Assembly: GCA_964016885.1 (NCBI GenBank)
Contig: OZ024757.1
Coordinates: forward strand, 17,918,001-17,982,000
Reading direction: 5' to 3'
Length of the DNA: 64,000 bases
Source: Eledone cirrhosa
Lineage: Eukaryota
Shown here: positions 13,183 to 25,975 of the stretch, piece by piece
Layout of the letters: each line of letters starts with the position of its first letter
How positions within the stretch are numbered: the first letter of the stretch is position 1
The notes under the pieces: generated by a model
Database searches by the model: none
Told to the model about the DNA's origin: nothing
The model's input: only the letters and a program-made list of their open reading frames with translations
Translations under genes and position numbers: made by a program

Positions 13183-13284
13183 GCCGCCGAGGTTAACTTT
13201 GCCTTTCATCCTTACGGGGTCGATAAAATAAAGTACCAGTAATGCACTGGGTATTTGCTGGCCTTGTGCCAAACGTAGAAACAG

Positions 13285-13287
<3 letters not shown>
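13183..13287 (+). mobile_element. 5'-truncated tRNA-SINE
   Basis: Core and tail of the 4271 family. Confidence 0.8.
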
Positions 13288-13333
<46 letters not shown>

Positions 13334-13866
13334 GTGTGTGTGTGTGTGTGTGTGGAGGTAGGGGTGTTGTGTGGATGAGATGAGGATTATATCAGATGTC
13401 ATCGTTTTACTGATCCCCAACTGAATCCTAATCTGACTCGCCGTATCACTAAATCTTATCTGCTAAACTCTGGCTTAGTTAGACGAGTGGTTAAAGCGTT
13501 AGCTCCGCAAACCGTGCGCTTCTCGCTTTCATGAGACTTTTCGTTTCATTTCTCTATTTCTTCCTGTCTCTTCCCTTTAATAGCGTGTTTTGCTTTTATA
13601 AGTTACCGTTCAATTACCTATACCAAAGGTTCTCAACGGGGGGCATATGCACCCCTGGGGGCGTTTCGGAACTCCAGGGGACGTTTGGGAGCAAGGTTGC
13701 GTTAGGGGGGGGGGGCATTTAGAGCTAGGGGAGGGGGGTCAGGCTGGGTGGGGGTGGGGTGGAAGGCTCTTTATTTTGGTAAGTTTTATAAGCCATATTT
13801 GTATGTATTTGAGACAACCAGTGTGAATGCATTTGAATGAGTTTGCATAACTATAGTCCAAGTTCA

Positions 13867-14504
13867 CCAAGTGAAAAAACTTGGTACATCTACATATGTA
13901 TACGTGTGTGTATTCATATACATACTAGTATTTCAGTATACATATATGGATGTACATCTTTAACTTAATTGTTTAAGCGTCAGTCATACAAAAGTGAGTT
14001 ACAAACGAAACGAAATTTAATTTCGTTTCGTTATTTGTTTTTATCGTCTCCGTTGAACCGGTACTTACTCACACTCTATGCAAATTAGTCTGCCCACTAC
14101 TAATTTTCATAGAAAAAGCATATAACGATATGTGCTTTTACGATTCTCTAGAGAGGCCGGAAGATAGGTAAATATTGCTGATGAGTTGTAACAACAACGA
14201 AACTAGTTCAATATTCCTTGTCTGGCTTTCTGGAGAATAGAGGAAAGGTGTTTCCTCAAAAACCAGTATGACTCTAAAAACCGGTTTGTCTGTGTGTTTA
14301 CATACAGAATAGCTGGCCACTCACAGTAAAGTGACCAGTGAAAAAACTTGGTACATCTACATATGTATACGTGTGTGTATTCATATACATACTAGTATTT
14401 CAGTATACATATATGGATGTACATCTTTAACTTAATTGTTTAAGCGTCAGTCATACAAAAGTGAGTTACAAACGAAACGAAATTTAATTTCGTTTCGTTA
14501 TTTG

Positions 14505-14510
<6 letters not shown>
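13867..14510 (+). mobile_element. Second hammerhead-containing A-B-A partial tandem element (unit ~467 bp)
   Basis: 13871-14043 is repeated at 14338-14510. B shares ACTCAC..TATGCAAATTAG with the 2970-3660 element. Ends in (TA)n. Confidence 0.75.
14171..14215 (+). ncRNA. Minimal type-I hammerhead ribozyme
   Basis: AATATTG-CTGATGA-GTTGT aaca ACAAC-GAAAC TA GTT-CAATATT: 7-bp stem I, 5-bp stem II, palindromic AACTAGTT. Confidence 0.85.
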
Positions 14511-14563
<53 letters not shown>

Positions 14564-14605
14564 GAAAGGTATAGGAAACATTGTAGCAAAAGCCAACAGT
14601 ATTCC

Positions 14606-14699
<94 letters not shown>

Positions 14700-14710
14700 G
14701 GAATACTGTT

Positions 14711-15897
14711 GGCTTCAGAGAGGGTAGATCAACCACCAGTCACATCCTGATGCTGAGGAGGATATTAGAGGGAGCTAGAGCAAAGTGCCTTCCTGCGGTC
14801 ATGGTTTTCATTGACTTTAGGAAGGCCTTTGATTCTGTGGACCGTTACTGCCTGATGAAGATCTTACAGGCTTATGGAATCCCCAAGAGGATAGTGGACC
14901 TGATATCACTGCTCTACACCAACACCAAAGCCCAAGTCATTACACCTGATGGGATGACAGAGTTCTTTGAGATACTGGCTGGAGTGCTCCAGGGAGATAC
15001 ATTGGCTCCCTACCTTTTTGTCATCGTAGTGGACTATTGTATGCGCCTTGCACTGGAGAAACACCAGGACTCTGGCTTTACTGTGGCACCGGCTCAGAGC
15101 AGGAGAGTTGGGGCGAAAAAGGTATCGGATGCTGAATTTGCCGACGACATAGTTTTGGTGACAGATACAGTGAAGGAGGCAGAGGATTTGATGCGGGAGG
15201 TTGAGACTGTGTCGATGAGTGTGGGGCTGAGAATGAATGAGACTAAAACAAAATATCTGGTGGAGAATGTTGAGAAGCCAGAGGGGATCACTAATGTAGG
15301 CGGGAAGCCGCTGGAATTGGTTGAGGACTTCCTGTATTTGGGAGCAAAGATTGGGAATACGGAGGATGATGTGGTTGAGAGGAAGAGCAAGGCCTGGGCG
15401 GCGTGCCACAGCTTGAGATCGGTGTGGAAGTCGGACCTTCGTAGAGACCTGAAAATCCGCCTCTTCATTGCTGTAGTGGAGTCTGTGCTGCTGTGTGGGT
15501 CTGAGACTTGGACACTGACCAAGAAACTCACTCAGATGGTGGATGGGTGCTACACGAGAATGCTGAGGATGGCTCTGAACATTAATCAGTATACACTGAG
15601 GATGAAAAACTCAGAGCTGTATGGGAGCATCCCAAAAGTCAGCTCAAAAGTGACACAGAGGAGACTGAGGTTGGCTGGACATGCTCACCGGCATCCAGAG
15701 TTGACATTGCACTCAGTGCTCCTTTGGGAGCCCCTACATGGACACACTGGAAGAGGAAGACCAAGGTTAACATATGTTGATGCCCTAAGGACAGACACTG
15801 GTCTGTTGGAGATGCAGGATATGGCAGCGATAATGAGGGACAGAGACCGCTGGAGAGAACTCGTCCATGGATCTCGGGAATTTTACCCGCCTTAGAT

Positions 15898-15900
<3 letters not shown>
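14711..15900 (+). mobile_element. 5'-truncated RTE-clade LINE with an uninterrupted RT ORF (14750-15895)
   Basis: [54 protein letters not shown] motifs. The stop is followed directly by TAGA/(TA)n. Confidence 0.95.
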
Positions 15901-15933
<33 letters not shown>

Positions 15934-15937
<4 letters not shown>

Positions 15938-16420
15938 TAAAAGAGAAAACACAGGTAAGCATCTACCCCTCCCTCCATCTCAGTTTGTCATTCTACTTCC
16001 TACCTCTTCCCCCTTCCTCTCTCTCTATACTATGCCGTCTGTCACCTCACCTCCTGATTCCTCTCTCTCTATACTAGTAAATACAATTCCAAATAAATGT
16101 TTTTCTCTATATATTAAGAATTATTTCAAGAGTAACTTACTATTTTGAAAATTTGGACTGTGAACAACAATTATAATTGAGTGGCTGCTATTTGCAGTAT
16201 AGCAATATAAGGTTTCACTTACCAATGAAACGGTCGTAAATACCTGGATAAAATCCTTCTCTTAATGCTTACCTGTGTTTTCTCTTTTATACTTTATACT
16301 CCAAGATTGAACGGAATTCTTACAAACTTGTGGAGTTACCCCTAACCGTACGTTGAAACCATCCATGAAACTGGCTTTCTTAACCAAAAACTGGATCACA
16401 ATAAGCAATTTTTTGCTTCT

Positions 16421-16425
<5 letters not shown>
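15934..16425. mobile_element. (TA)n-flanked element with an inverted terminal segment
   Basis: AGTATAAAAGAGAAAACACAGGTAAGCAT (15934) is inverted at ~16265-16293. Confidence 0.55.
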
Positions 16426-16494
<69 letters not shown>

Positions 16495-16496
<2 letters not shown>

Positions 16497-16700
16497 AAAA
16501 ATATTAATAAATGAAAAATATTCTTATAACAAAAATATATATTTTATTATACATATTTCAAAGGTACAATGGTGTTTAAGTATGTTTTCATCAGACAAAA
16601 TATAATATTTGATATGCGACATATCGCTACGGTTTGGATTATTCTATTCCAGTATTGGAATTGAATAATCAAAACCGTAGCGGTATGTCACATATCAAAT
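16495..16700 (-). mobile_element. pLTR-like segment with a degenerate hammerhead (16541-16601) followed by a ~95-bp hairpin
   Basis: Minus strand ATTTTGT-CTGATGA..GAAAT ATGT ATA-ATAAAAT; hairpin ATTTGATATG..CATATCAAAT at 16607-16700. Confidence 0.65.
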
Positions 16701-16759
16701 CTCTCATATATTTATGTGTGTATGTGACTTATAAGGCCTAACGTACGTAACGAACACGT

Positions 16760-16869
<110 letters not shown>

Positions 16870-17172
16870 ATATACAAAATGTGACATCGTCGTCGTCGAA
16901 GTGATGTAAAATGTCGGTTACTTATAGTTGACTATAAAAAGATTATTATAGATAAAATGTTATATTGTTTAAATCCAAATGAAAATAAGAATTACATGTT
17001 AATCCCGGGTTCTAATACTATTACCTTGTATAATTTGATTTGATTTGGTTGAGCCGTTTGAGACAGCATAGGAACAGAGAAAGAGACAGACAGAGAGACA
17101 AAGAATTTTACATAGAGAGAGTTTATCGAGGCAGTGGGACTCCGGTGTAACAAGACTCACTTTTTAGCCTTA

Positions 17173-17359
17173 ATAAAATAATTCTTTCTACGTTAGGCAC
17201 AAGGCCAGCAATTACCCAGTGTATTACTGGTACTTTATTTTATCGACCCCGTAAGGATGAAAGGCAAAGTTAACCTCGGCGGGATTTGAACTCAGAATGG
17301 CAAGGGCCGTAACTCTATACGTCAAAGCATGGCGTCCGACCCTCTACCGATAAAATAAT
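17173..17359 (-). mobile_element. tRNA-derived SINE
   Basis: Same family; flanking duplication ATAAAATAAT. Confidence 0.85.
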
Positions 17360-17426
17360 GTATAAATTCTACTTCGGTAAAGTGTACATTTCTCTCTCTC
17401 TGGCGAGAACTACTTACGGATGTGCG

Positions 17427-17522
<96 letters not shown>

Positions 17523-17754
17523 TGTGTGTCTGTCTGTCTGTCTGTCTGTCTGTGTGCCTGTGTGTAAATAACTAGAAATTTACGTCCATAGAAATTTACA
17601 ATAATATTTTGTTAAGCAAGGGAAATAAGTCTTACAAATATTCTCTTAATCACATAGTTATCTCCCTTTAATACATTGTTTTAGTGATTTGCTCACATCT
17701 GTTGGGTCGATGGTGCAGATATGGAAGGAGGAGTGGTGGAACGCAGAGTAAACG

Positions 17755-18722
17755 TATGGTGGTGGTAGTAGTGGTGGTGGTGGTGGTAGTGGTGGTGGCG
17801 GTGGTGATGGTGGTGGTGATGATGGTGGTTGTGGTAGTGGTAGTGATGGTGGTGGTGGTAGTGGTGGTGGTGCTGGTGGTAGTGGTGGTGTGCTGGTGGT
17901 AGTGGTGTTGGTGATGGTTGTGCTGGTTGTGGTGGTGGTGATGATAGTGGTGGTGGTAGTGGCGGTGGTGGTGGTAGTGTTGGTGGCTGTAGTGGTGATT
18001 GTGGTGTTAGTGGTAGTGGTGGTGGTAGTGGTGGTGGTGATGATGGTGGTGGTGGTAGTGGTGGTTGTGGTGGTTGTGATGGCGGTAGTTGTTGTGGTGA
18101 TGGTGGTGTTGGGAGTGGTGGTAGTGGTTGTTGTGGTGGTAGTGATGGTTGTTGTGGTGGTGGTAGTGGTAGTGGTGATGGTGTTGTGTTAGTGGTAGTG
18201 GTGGTGGTAGTGATGGTTGTGGTGGTATGATGGATAAACACTCACATATATCCACACACATAAACACACACACATACACACACTCAAACATAAACACATA
18301 CACACACACATTCAAACACACACAGGCACACACACATTCAAACACACACACACACATTCAAACACACACACACACACAGACACACAGACACACACTCAAA
18401 CATTAACACTTATTGTCAGTTCATATGTTTATTTCACATGAATTAACGAGATTGTTGTTGTTGTTGTTATTGCTGTTTTGTAGTTGTTGTTGTGGTTGTT
18501 GTTGTTGTTGTGGTTGTTGCTGTTGTTGTGGTTGTTGCTGTTGTTGTTGTGGTTGTGGTTGTTGTGGTTTTTGTGGTTGTTGTCGTTGTTGTTGCTGCTG
18601 TTGTTATTATTATTGTTGTTGTTATTGTTGTTGTTATTATTATTATTGTTGTTGTTGTTGTTGTTTGTTGTTCTGCTTGTGGTTGATGTTGATGTTGATG
18701 TAGTGGTTGTTGTTGTTGTTGA
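17755..18722. repeat. (GTG/GTA)n, (CA)n and (GTT)n simple repeats
   Basis: Direct inspection. Confidence 0.95.
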
Positions 18723-19095
18723 TGATATACGATGGTCGGCTGAAACGTTTATAGTCTGACTCTGAAGGAGTGATGCTAGAGCTGTGAAATCTCATAAATT
18801 TCTGCAGTAATTTCAATTATTCTTATTTATGACTGCATTGTTTCTTTCCAGGTAAAATAACCCCTGACTTTTCAAAGAAGACTTCAAATGAAACTAGTAG
18901 CGACCTCTCTTGGAAAATGGACAAAATGTGGCAACATAGTGTTATCAAGTTACCTGCAGAAAATTAATTTCCAAAGTGTATATTAATTAGGTTTATAATA
19001 TTTAAAGCAGAATTATGTAGTTCATCAGTAGTAGAATATTAATTATAGGTTAACTAAATTAAAAATAGTTTATATATTAATTTCTAAAGTGTATA

Positions 19096-19787
19096 TTAAT
19101 TAGGTTTATAATATTTAAAGGTATTTCTCAGTTTATGATTACACGATATTATTAATTCCTGTCGCTTATTTAATAGGATATCCTTAGATTTCATTATTTC
19201 AAAAAGTTCTTGGGAACATAATCTACATTCATATCTACTATTTTGATAAGGGGTGGCCCTTTTGAGCACACTCCAGGTCAGGTCATAATCTATATTCCTC
19301 TTTCTATAACTATTAATTATTTCAGCTAGAGATGTTGTATTAGCTAGTGCGGCATTTTTAAAACTATGTTTGTGGGTATTAAATCTTACCTTAAATTTGT
19401 TAGAAGTAGCTCCTATATATGAATAAATTGAGTCCTTAGTGTTAACTTTACATTTATATACTATGTTATTAACAAGGCAATTTCCTTTTAATGGACAGTT
19501 TGCCTTGTTTCTACAGTTACAACTTTTCGTGAATCCTGTATCTGAGGAGATATTATGGTTAGTTTGATGTACTGGTGGTATACTCATGGTTTTTTTACAT
19601 TTATATGCATTATAGGCACTTATATTTTGTTTTATGTTTTTGGTTGTTGAGTAGGAGAATTTAACCGTTGATCTATTTAAGATTTGATGGTATTTGTGGT
19701 TTGGCGGGAAGTTTTTCTCTAGGATATTAAAGAATTTTTTAGGTATATTATCCTTAATTTGTAAATTAAATGGAGCATTATACCAAG

Positions 19788-19792
<5 letters not shown>
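19096..19792 (-). mobile_element. Penelope-like (Neptune-type) GIY-YIG endonuclease, 5'-truncated at (TA)n
   Basis: WYNAPF..., CNCRNKANCPLKGNC..IVYKC...YIG...KVRFNTH..SF, CRLC..E, LN.R.E..SCNH; open frame of ~230 codons. Confidence 0.9.
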
Positions 19793-19872
<80 letters not shown>

Positions 19873-19879
19873 TAAATAG

Positions 19880-19910
<31 letters not shown>

Positions 19911-21271
19911 AGGGGAGAGAGAGTTTGAGAAACAAAACAACTAAATTACTAAAACAATGACAGATGTTATTTTTCTGTCAATTGATAAATCTATCTTTCA
20001 ATTATCCGGACATGAAATCTTGTTATCTGGTATCAAAACACTTCAGATATGATATTGAAAGATTTTCTTTTATTAACACCGATAACAAATCCATAACAAA
20101 TCGATTGCTTTTGTTTAAAAATGTATTGGTGTGCATCTGTGAGATAGCAGGAGTTTAATATGAAATATATAATATATTCATGTACTCGAAATTGGTCCTG
20201 CCGTTCGTTAGGAGTGGGCCACTATAGACTTTGCTGGTCTCTGTCATTCGTCACATACAATAGAAAGATCGCTGTGTTGGGACCTCCACAGTCCTTGGTA
20301 TTTTTCAGATCAACTCTTGCAGCCAGCCATCACCAATGTTCTCTCTCATTCAATAGCAAGATCACAATGTTGAGAGCTGTCCTTGATGCTGTCAGAACAG
20401 CTCTTGCAGCCAGCAATCAACAATGATCTGTCCTTCATCACACACAATAGAAAGATCAAAGAGTTGAGGGCTGCCCAATCTTTGATGTTGAATTTGAAAT
20501 ACATGAAGGCAAATTTGAAACAATTTGTTGTCATGTTGAGACATCTTGCAAATATTGCTAGTAATGGCACAGGGATAAGATATGACATGTGACCCACTGG
20601 TTAAAGTATTCAACTCACGATCTTATAAAAAAACACTTCAGTTTACGTTACTCCCGATAACAAAAAACATACGACTCAGCTCGCGAAACATCTATGGACC
20701 CTCAAAAATAATTGTTTCTACGTTAGGCACAAGGCCAGCAATTAGCCAGTGTATTACTGGTACTTTATTTTATCGACCCTCAAAAATAATGGCATAGCGT
20801 TCTCCATTAAATGGAGGATACTGGAGTACCTATACCCTGTGCCAATGGGACGAGGTTTTGCCAGCTGTGTAGTTAGGGGGTGGAATGTACTCTCGTAACA
20901 GACTTCAGGGAAACGCTGCTTAAATATCCGCCTCGACTGCTCAAGTTTCTGTCCTAGGGAAGCAAAATTTGTCCTGAAAATAGTCTAGACTGTATTAACT
21001 GAATTTATTTTCTTCGACATTCCAACTTAACACTTCAGCTCCTTGTATAACACACGTTGCCTCCCTTGTTTTTGTTAATAGCTACCTCCCTTTTCACTTA
21101 AGATTATTCAAGGGATTTATCTATTTATAGATAAAATAGGGATTACCTATTCTTAGTAACTCTCCTATACTTTATAAAATCTCCATGGGGGATGCCAGTC
21201 TTATTTATATGACGGGCTGAATAAATGAACGAAACTTAAGTGCCTGTACATGTCACTGTTGCAACTAATTA

Positions 21272-21272
21272 T

Positions 21273-21327
<55 letters not shown>

Positions 21328-21379
21328 CACACACATATATATATATACATAAAAACGCACACACACTCTCTCTCTCGCT

Positions 21380-21415
<36 letters not shown>

Positions 21416-21469
21416 CACACATATATATATATATATACATAAAAACGCACACACACTCTCTCTCTCGCT

Positions 21470-21519
<50 letters not shown>

Positions 21520-21565
21520 TATATATATATATATACATAAAAACGCACACACTCTCTCTCTCGCT

Positions 21566-21603
<38 letters not shown>

Positions 21604-21653
21604 CACACATATATATATATATACATAAAAACGCACACACTCTCTCTCTCGCT

Positions 21654-21693
<40 letters not shown>

Positions 21694-21745
21694 CACACAC
21701 ATATATATATATACATAAAAACGCACACACACTCTCTCTCTCGCT

Positions 21746-21779
<34 letters not shown>

Positions 21780-21831
21780 CACACACACATATATATATAT
21801 ACATAAAAACGCACACACTCTCTCTCTCGCT

Positions 21832-21871
<40 letters not shown>

Positions 21872-21925
21872 CACACACATATATATATATATACATAAAA
21901 ACGCACACACACTCTCTCTCTCGCT

Positions 21926-21979
<54 letters not shown>

Positions 21980-22107
21980 TATATATACATAAAAACACAC
22001 ACACACTCTCTCTCTCTCTCTCATACACACACACACATATATATATATATATACACACACACATATATATATATACATAAAAACGCACACACACTCTCTC
22101 TCTCGCT

Positions 22108-22145
<38 letters not shown>

Positions 22146-22199
22146 CACACACATATATATATATATACATAAAAACGCACACACACTCTCTCTCTCGCT

Positions 22200-22235
<36 letters not shown>

Positions 22236-22285
22236 CACACAAATATATATATACATAAAAACACACACACACTCTCCCTCTCGCT

Positions 22286-22317
<32 letters not shown>

Positions 22318-22380
22318 CATAAAAACGCACACACACTCTCTCTCTCTCGCTCACACACACACACACATATATATATATAT
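21272..22380. repeat. Compound minisatellite (~90-bp unit built of CA/TA/CT runs anchored by CATAAAAACGC and TCGCTC)
   Basis: About 12 recurrences of CATAAAAAC.CACACACTCTCTCTCGCTC. Confidence 0.9.
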
Positions 22381-22578
22381 GCGTGTGTGTCCCGCGTTCA
22401 ATCGGGTGACCAGAGAAAGTAAGGTACTCAATACATAGTAGAACATATGCAATATTTAATATAGAAATGGCTCGTACAGGACGAGAACTGTTTCATTCGA
22501 AGGAAATCACCAGGAAAGCCCATGCTTTGTTGATGATTTCCTTCGATTGAAAAAGTTTTAATCTTGTAGAAGCTATAT

Positions 22579-22722
<144 letters not shown>

Positions 22723-23275
22723 TAGTTTGTCCGGGTATCTAAAGGTCGACTGATGGTTCAGGAAACGTTCCTTAAACCGGCCCTCCACCACACCTACATA
22801 GGATTTAACCCCTTGTTGTTTATTTGGTCGGTTAGAAGTGACCACATCTTCGTAAATTACGACCGTCTACGAAACTCGCGAGCCACGTATGGTCCCTCAA
22901 TGACTTCATCCAATGGAAAGCTATTACTAAGTCTAAGCCATACGGAAGGGGTAATCCGTCTTGTGGGCTGTGCATTGAAGAAAGGATCAATATCCTGAGA
23001 AGATTACCTAATAACGATTACCTAAATCAAGGATGAACTTTTTTCACGTTGTCCACACGTCTGGAAACACCTATTGCATAATTACAAAGTTCCAGATTGA
23101 CTAACATTAACAATCTATAATATTCTGAATAACTCGAATAATTTATTCCGGACATCCACAGTTTTCTCCCCCTACATCGATCTATTGTGGGTTTACCTCC
23201 CCCAGGGGAAGTGACTGTTTTCTGCACATGCGTATTCGTACGGTTATATTTTCTTTTCCGCACAACTTCATTTAG

Positions 23276-23317
23276 ACCGAGCTGAGGATCCGAATAAGGT
23301 GAAACATTTGTTCCGGT
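23276..23317 (+). ncRNA. Degenerate hammerhead motif near the end of a (TA)n-flanked element (~22720-23372)
   Basis: ACCGAG-CTGAGGA-tCC gaataa GGt-GAAAC ATTT GTT-CCGGT; stems are weak. Confidence 0.5.
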
Positions 23318-23386
23318 ATGGTGAACTAACTGTTATGGAACTATTTCTACCAAACTCCTCCCATGGACTGAGTATATATATATATA

Positions 23387-23914
23387 TAACGAAGGAAATG
23401 TGGTAAGGAACCAGGTGGACCATAACGCACAAAAGTACTCAATACTTAGGGTAGTAGAGTGAATAATAGGAACCAGTAAGACCCCGACGGCTGAGCTCAA
23501 GCCGTTTCGACGGCTAATTCTGGACTAAATGAAAATTTATCCTGGTATTTTTTTTTTTTTAATATATTTTTACCCTTCATTGTTCTACTTACCGTTTCGA
23601 CTTCCTCCCCCTCCCCCTCCCTAGTATCTTCTTTGACCCCACGCCCAGCTGTAGCCGGCACTACCAACGCATGAATGGGTCTACTCCCCCCCCCCCTTTT
23701 TCTCCTACTGGCAGGTTTAGCTACCCCTTCCCCCACTAATTTGCCATCACAGAATTACTACTAACTTGTGACCAATCCTTGTGACAATCACTTTGACCAT
23801 ATATGGAATTACTCCTTGAGAAGCTCGGCTATTTAAATACCAGGATAAATTTTCATTTAGTCCAGAATTAGCCGTCGAAACGGCTTGAGCTCAGCCGTCG
23901 GGGTCTTACTGGTT

Positions 23915-23920
<6 letters not shown>
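23387..23920. mobile_element. Longer TAACGAAGG-family element with inverted arms around a ~290-bp loop
   Basis: TAGGAACCAGTAAGACCCCG..TCCTGGTATTT (23467-23551) is inverted at ~23835-23919. Confidence 0.8.
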
Positions 23921-23957
<37 letters not shown>

Positions 23958-23979
23958 CAAGGTTTTTGATATGAAATAC

Positions 23980-24144
23980 AAATATTGTTATACTTGGGGA
24001 GGGTCATATTTTTGTAATAATATTGCCAGAAATAATAACAGAACACACTCACTGTTTGGTTGGTTTTCGCTTCTGTATCTTTTATATTTCCACAGTTAAT
24101 TTATTTGGCAACAATGTTTATCATTGATTGACCACCGGTTAAAA

Positions 24145-24184
<40 letters not shown>

Positions 24185-24471
24185 TAGTCTATCCTATTGT
24201 ATAGTAATGTATACGACATCACAATACAACATGAGGGAACACAATAGTACCACTGATGATGTTGCAGATGTGCAACGAAAGGACTTTGATAGACTATATA
24301 TATATATTTATATCTGTATTTTTAACCGCTGGTCAATCAATAATAAACATTGATTGCCAAATTAACTATGGAAATATAAAAGATACAGAAGCGAAAACCA
24401 ACCAGACAGTGAGTGTGTTCTGTTAATATTTCTGGCAATAATATTACAACAATATAACCCTCCCCAAGTAT

Positions 24472-24478
<7 letters not shown>
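23980..24478. mobile_element. Fold-back element with a hammerhead motif in the loop (24251-24288, +)
   Basis: Arms at ~23982-24142 and ~24320-24478. Loop contains CA-CTGATGA-tGTTGCA gatg TGCAAC-GAAAG GA CTT-TG. Arm fragments also at ~13065-13132 and 26023-26068. Confidence 0.7.
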
Positions 24479-24512
<34 letters not shown>

Positions 24513-24519
<7 letters not shown>

Positions 24520-24776
24520 AGATCAAAAGATGGTTAAAGGAGTTCCATGTATTTTATTATGCGCATTTCAAAAACAAACATCATCATGCAATAATATTTG
24601 TGTTTTCATCAGATAAAACAGGAGAACATGATATGAAGGCTAAAAAACACTTGTGGATAGTGCAGTTTTAAATCAACATATATATTATGTATACTCCAGT
24701 CCTACAAACTGTAGAGTGCTTCTTATCCGATATCTGCATTGCTTTATTGTACTACAATAAAACTCACCTCCTACAT
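24513..24776. mobile_element. pLTR-like element with minus-strand hammerhead (24552-24618); near-identical to 30611-31083
   Basis: Minus strand TTTTAT-CTGATGA-AAAcACAAAT..GTTTGTTTTT-GAAAT GCGC ATA-ATAAAA. Confidence 0.8.
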
Positions 24777-25146
24777 TATATATATATATATATACACACA
24801 TTCCATGAATATATCTTTGTTACAATTTGTTGAAGAAATCTAAAATCAACTTATTACCTATCGTTCCGTCTGTAGATCGATATACGGTTATACACTTAAG
24901 GAACTGTTACGTCACCCACCAGTGTTATTTTTGGTATTTACCTGTGTCTACCTTTAATTAATAAACTATTTAAGCAGGGAGTAGAAAGTAGGTTGACAAT
25001 GAACCCTTATCTCATATACAGTTTTCAGGTAGGTGTATTAAAAATCGCAACGTTTGTGCAGCCCGTTGATATGAGGCAGCTGTTATCTCTCAAACTTTCG
25101 ATAGAGGGGGCGAACATATTTAGAAGCAACCATTTTCTGTATATCC

Positions 25147-25200
25147 TTATATATATACATATATATATATTGGTGTGAGCAGAGAGGAAAGCATCAGTAA
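25147..25200 (+). promoter_or_regulatory. Possible core promoter of the protease gene (TATA-like run plus Inr-like TCAGT)
   Basis: TATATA run ~30 bp upstream of ATCAGTA (25193-25199), which is ~20 nt before the ATG. Confidence 0.35.
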
Positions 25201-25217
25201 CGATCCACAACTACAAG

Positions 25218-25274
25218 ATGTTGTTAGTTCTCCTTCTTGCCGCATTAGCTTATAGCTTTCCCCTAGAAGAGCCA
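25218..25274 (+). CDS. S1A serine protease exon 1 (signal peptide)
   Basis: MLLVLLLAALAYSFPLEEP, then donor GTAAGT (phase 0). Confidence 0.8.
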
Positions 25275-25398
25275 GTAAGTTCCACATTCTCTTTTTACTT
25301 TCAATTCTGTTAGCATGCATGGACATAATAGTTTTCTTGAATAACCAAGTGGTACGCAGAATTTATTCACATCTCCCCTGTCTCTTTCCTTGTTTCGT

Positions 25399-25434
<36 letters not shown>

Positions 25435-25483
25435 TCACAAAAGAGCTGACATTGTGCATATGTCAGAAACAATTATTAGAGTA

Positions 25484-25975
25484 CTAGCTGACGTGCCCAG
25501 CTTCGCCCGGGTAAGCAGATGATAAGAGAAGAGAGGTAGGAGAGAAAATGACTATTGGATGTTTGACTGGTTTACAATATGATGCGAGACCATGGTTACT
25601 AAAAAAAAAAAAAAAAAAAGCAGTAAAGAGATCTTCCAGATACACCAGATTCTTCGTTTTACTGTTCGTGCATAGTATATGAAGATTTCTAGGTGTTTCC
25701 ACTTGTAAACAACCTAGATATAACTGTCCTTGGGTAAAAAGTGTTTCTCTTGTATTCAATTCTACAACTTTGAAACTCTGAGCCTGAGCTTTATGTATGG
25801 TCATAACAAAACTGGTTCTAACTGGGAACTGAAGTCTTGAGAATTTGAATAGCAGTTCGTTTTCTCCTTGATGATTGCCTCCAAGAATAGTGACCTCTAG
25901 GAGATGGTTTATCATACTCCTGACTGTAAAGTGTGTACCATTGCATAGAACTAGCGGATACACGTTTCTCAAAAG
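25484..25975 (-). mobile_element. Helitron 3' fragment (PIF1-like helicase C-terminus and terminus) in intron 1
   Basis: LCNGT, RLQFPVR.SFVMTIHKAQAQS, F.QGQLY, TKNLVY.E; subterminal hairpin CCCGGGCGAAGCTGGG followed by CTAG|T. Confidence 0.9.

Noticed and set aside
13470-13530. tRNA-like sequence (also the SINE heads elsewhere)
   Set aside because: A-box-like only, with no complete cloverleaf; better explained as a SINE remnant.
13620-13720. hAT-like terminus (CAAAGGTTCTCAAC)
   Set aside because: No matching second TIR or TSD found.
17693-18759. Pro-, His-, Val- and Cys-rich ORFs
   Set aside because: Trinucleotide repeat translations.
18852-18990. Possible exon after TTTCTTTCCAG
   Set aside because: No recognisable protein and no compatible donor or partner exon.
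19960-20620. Short overlapping ORFs with internal direct repeats
   Set aside because: Possibly a decayed transposon, but I could not identify any motif with confidence.
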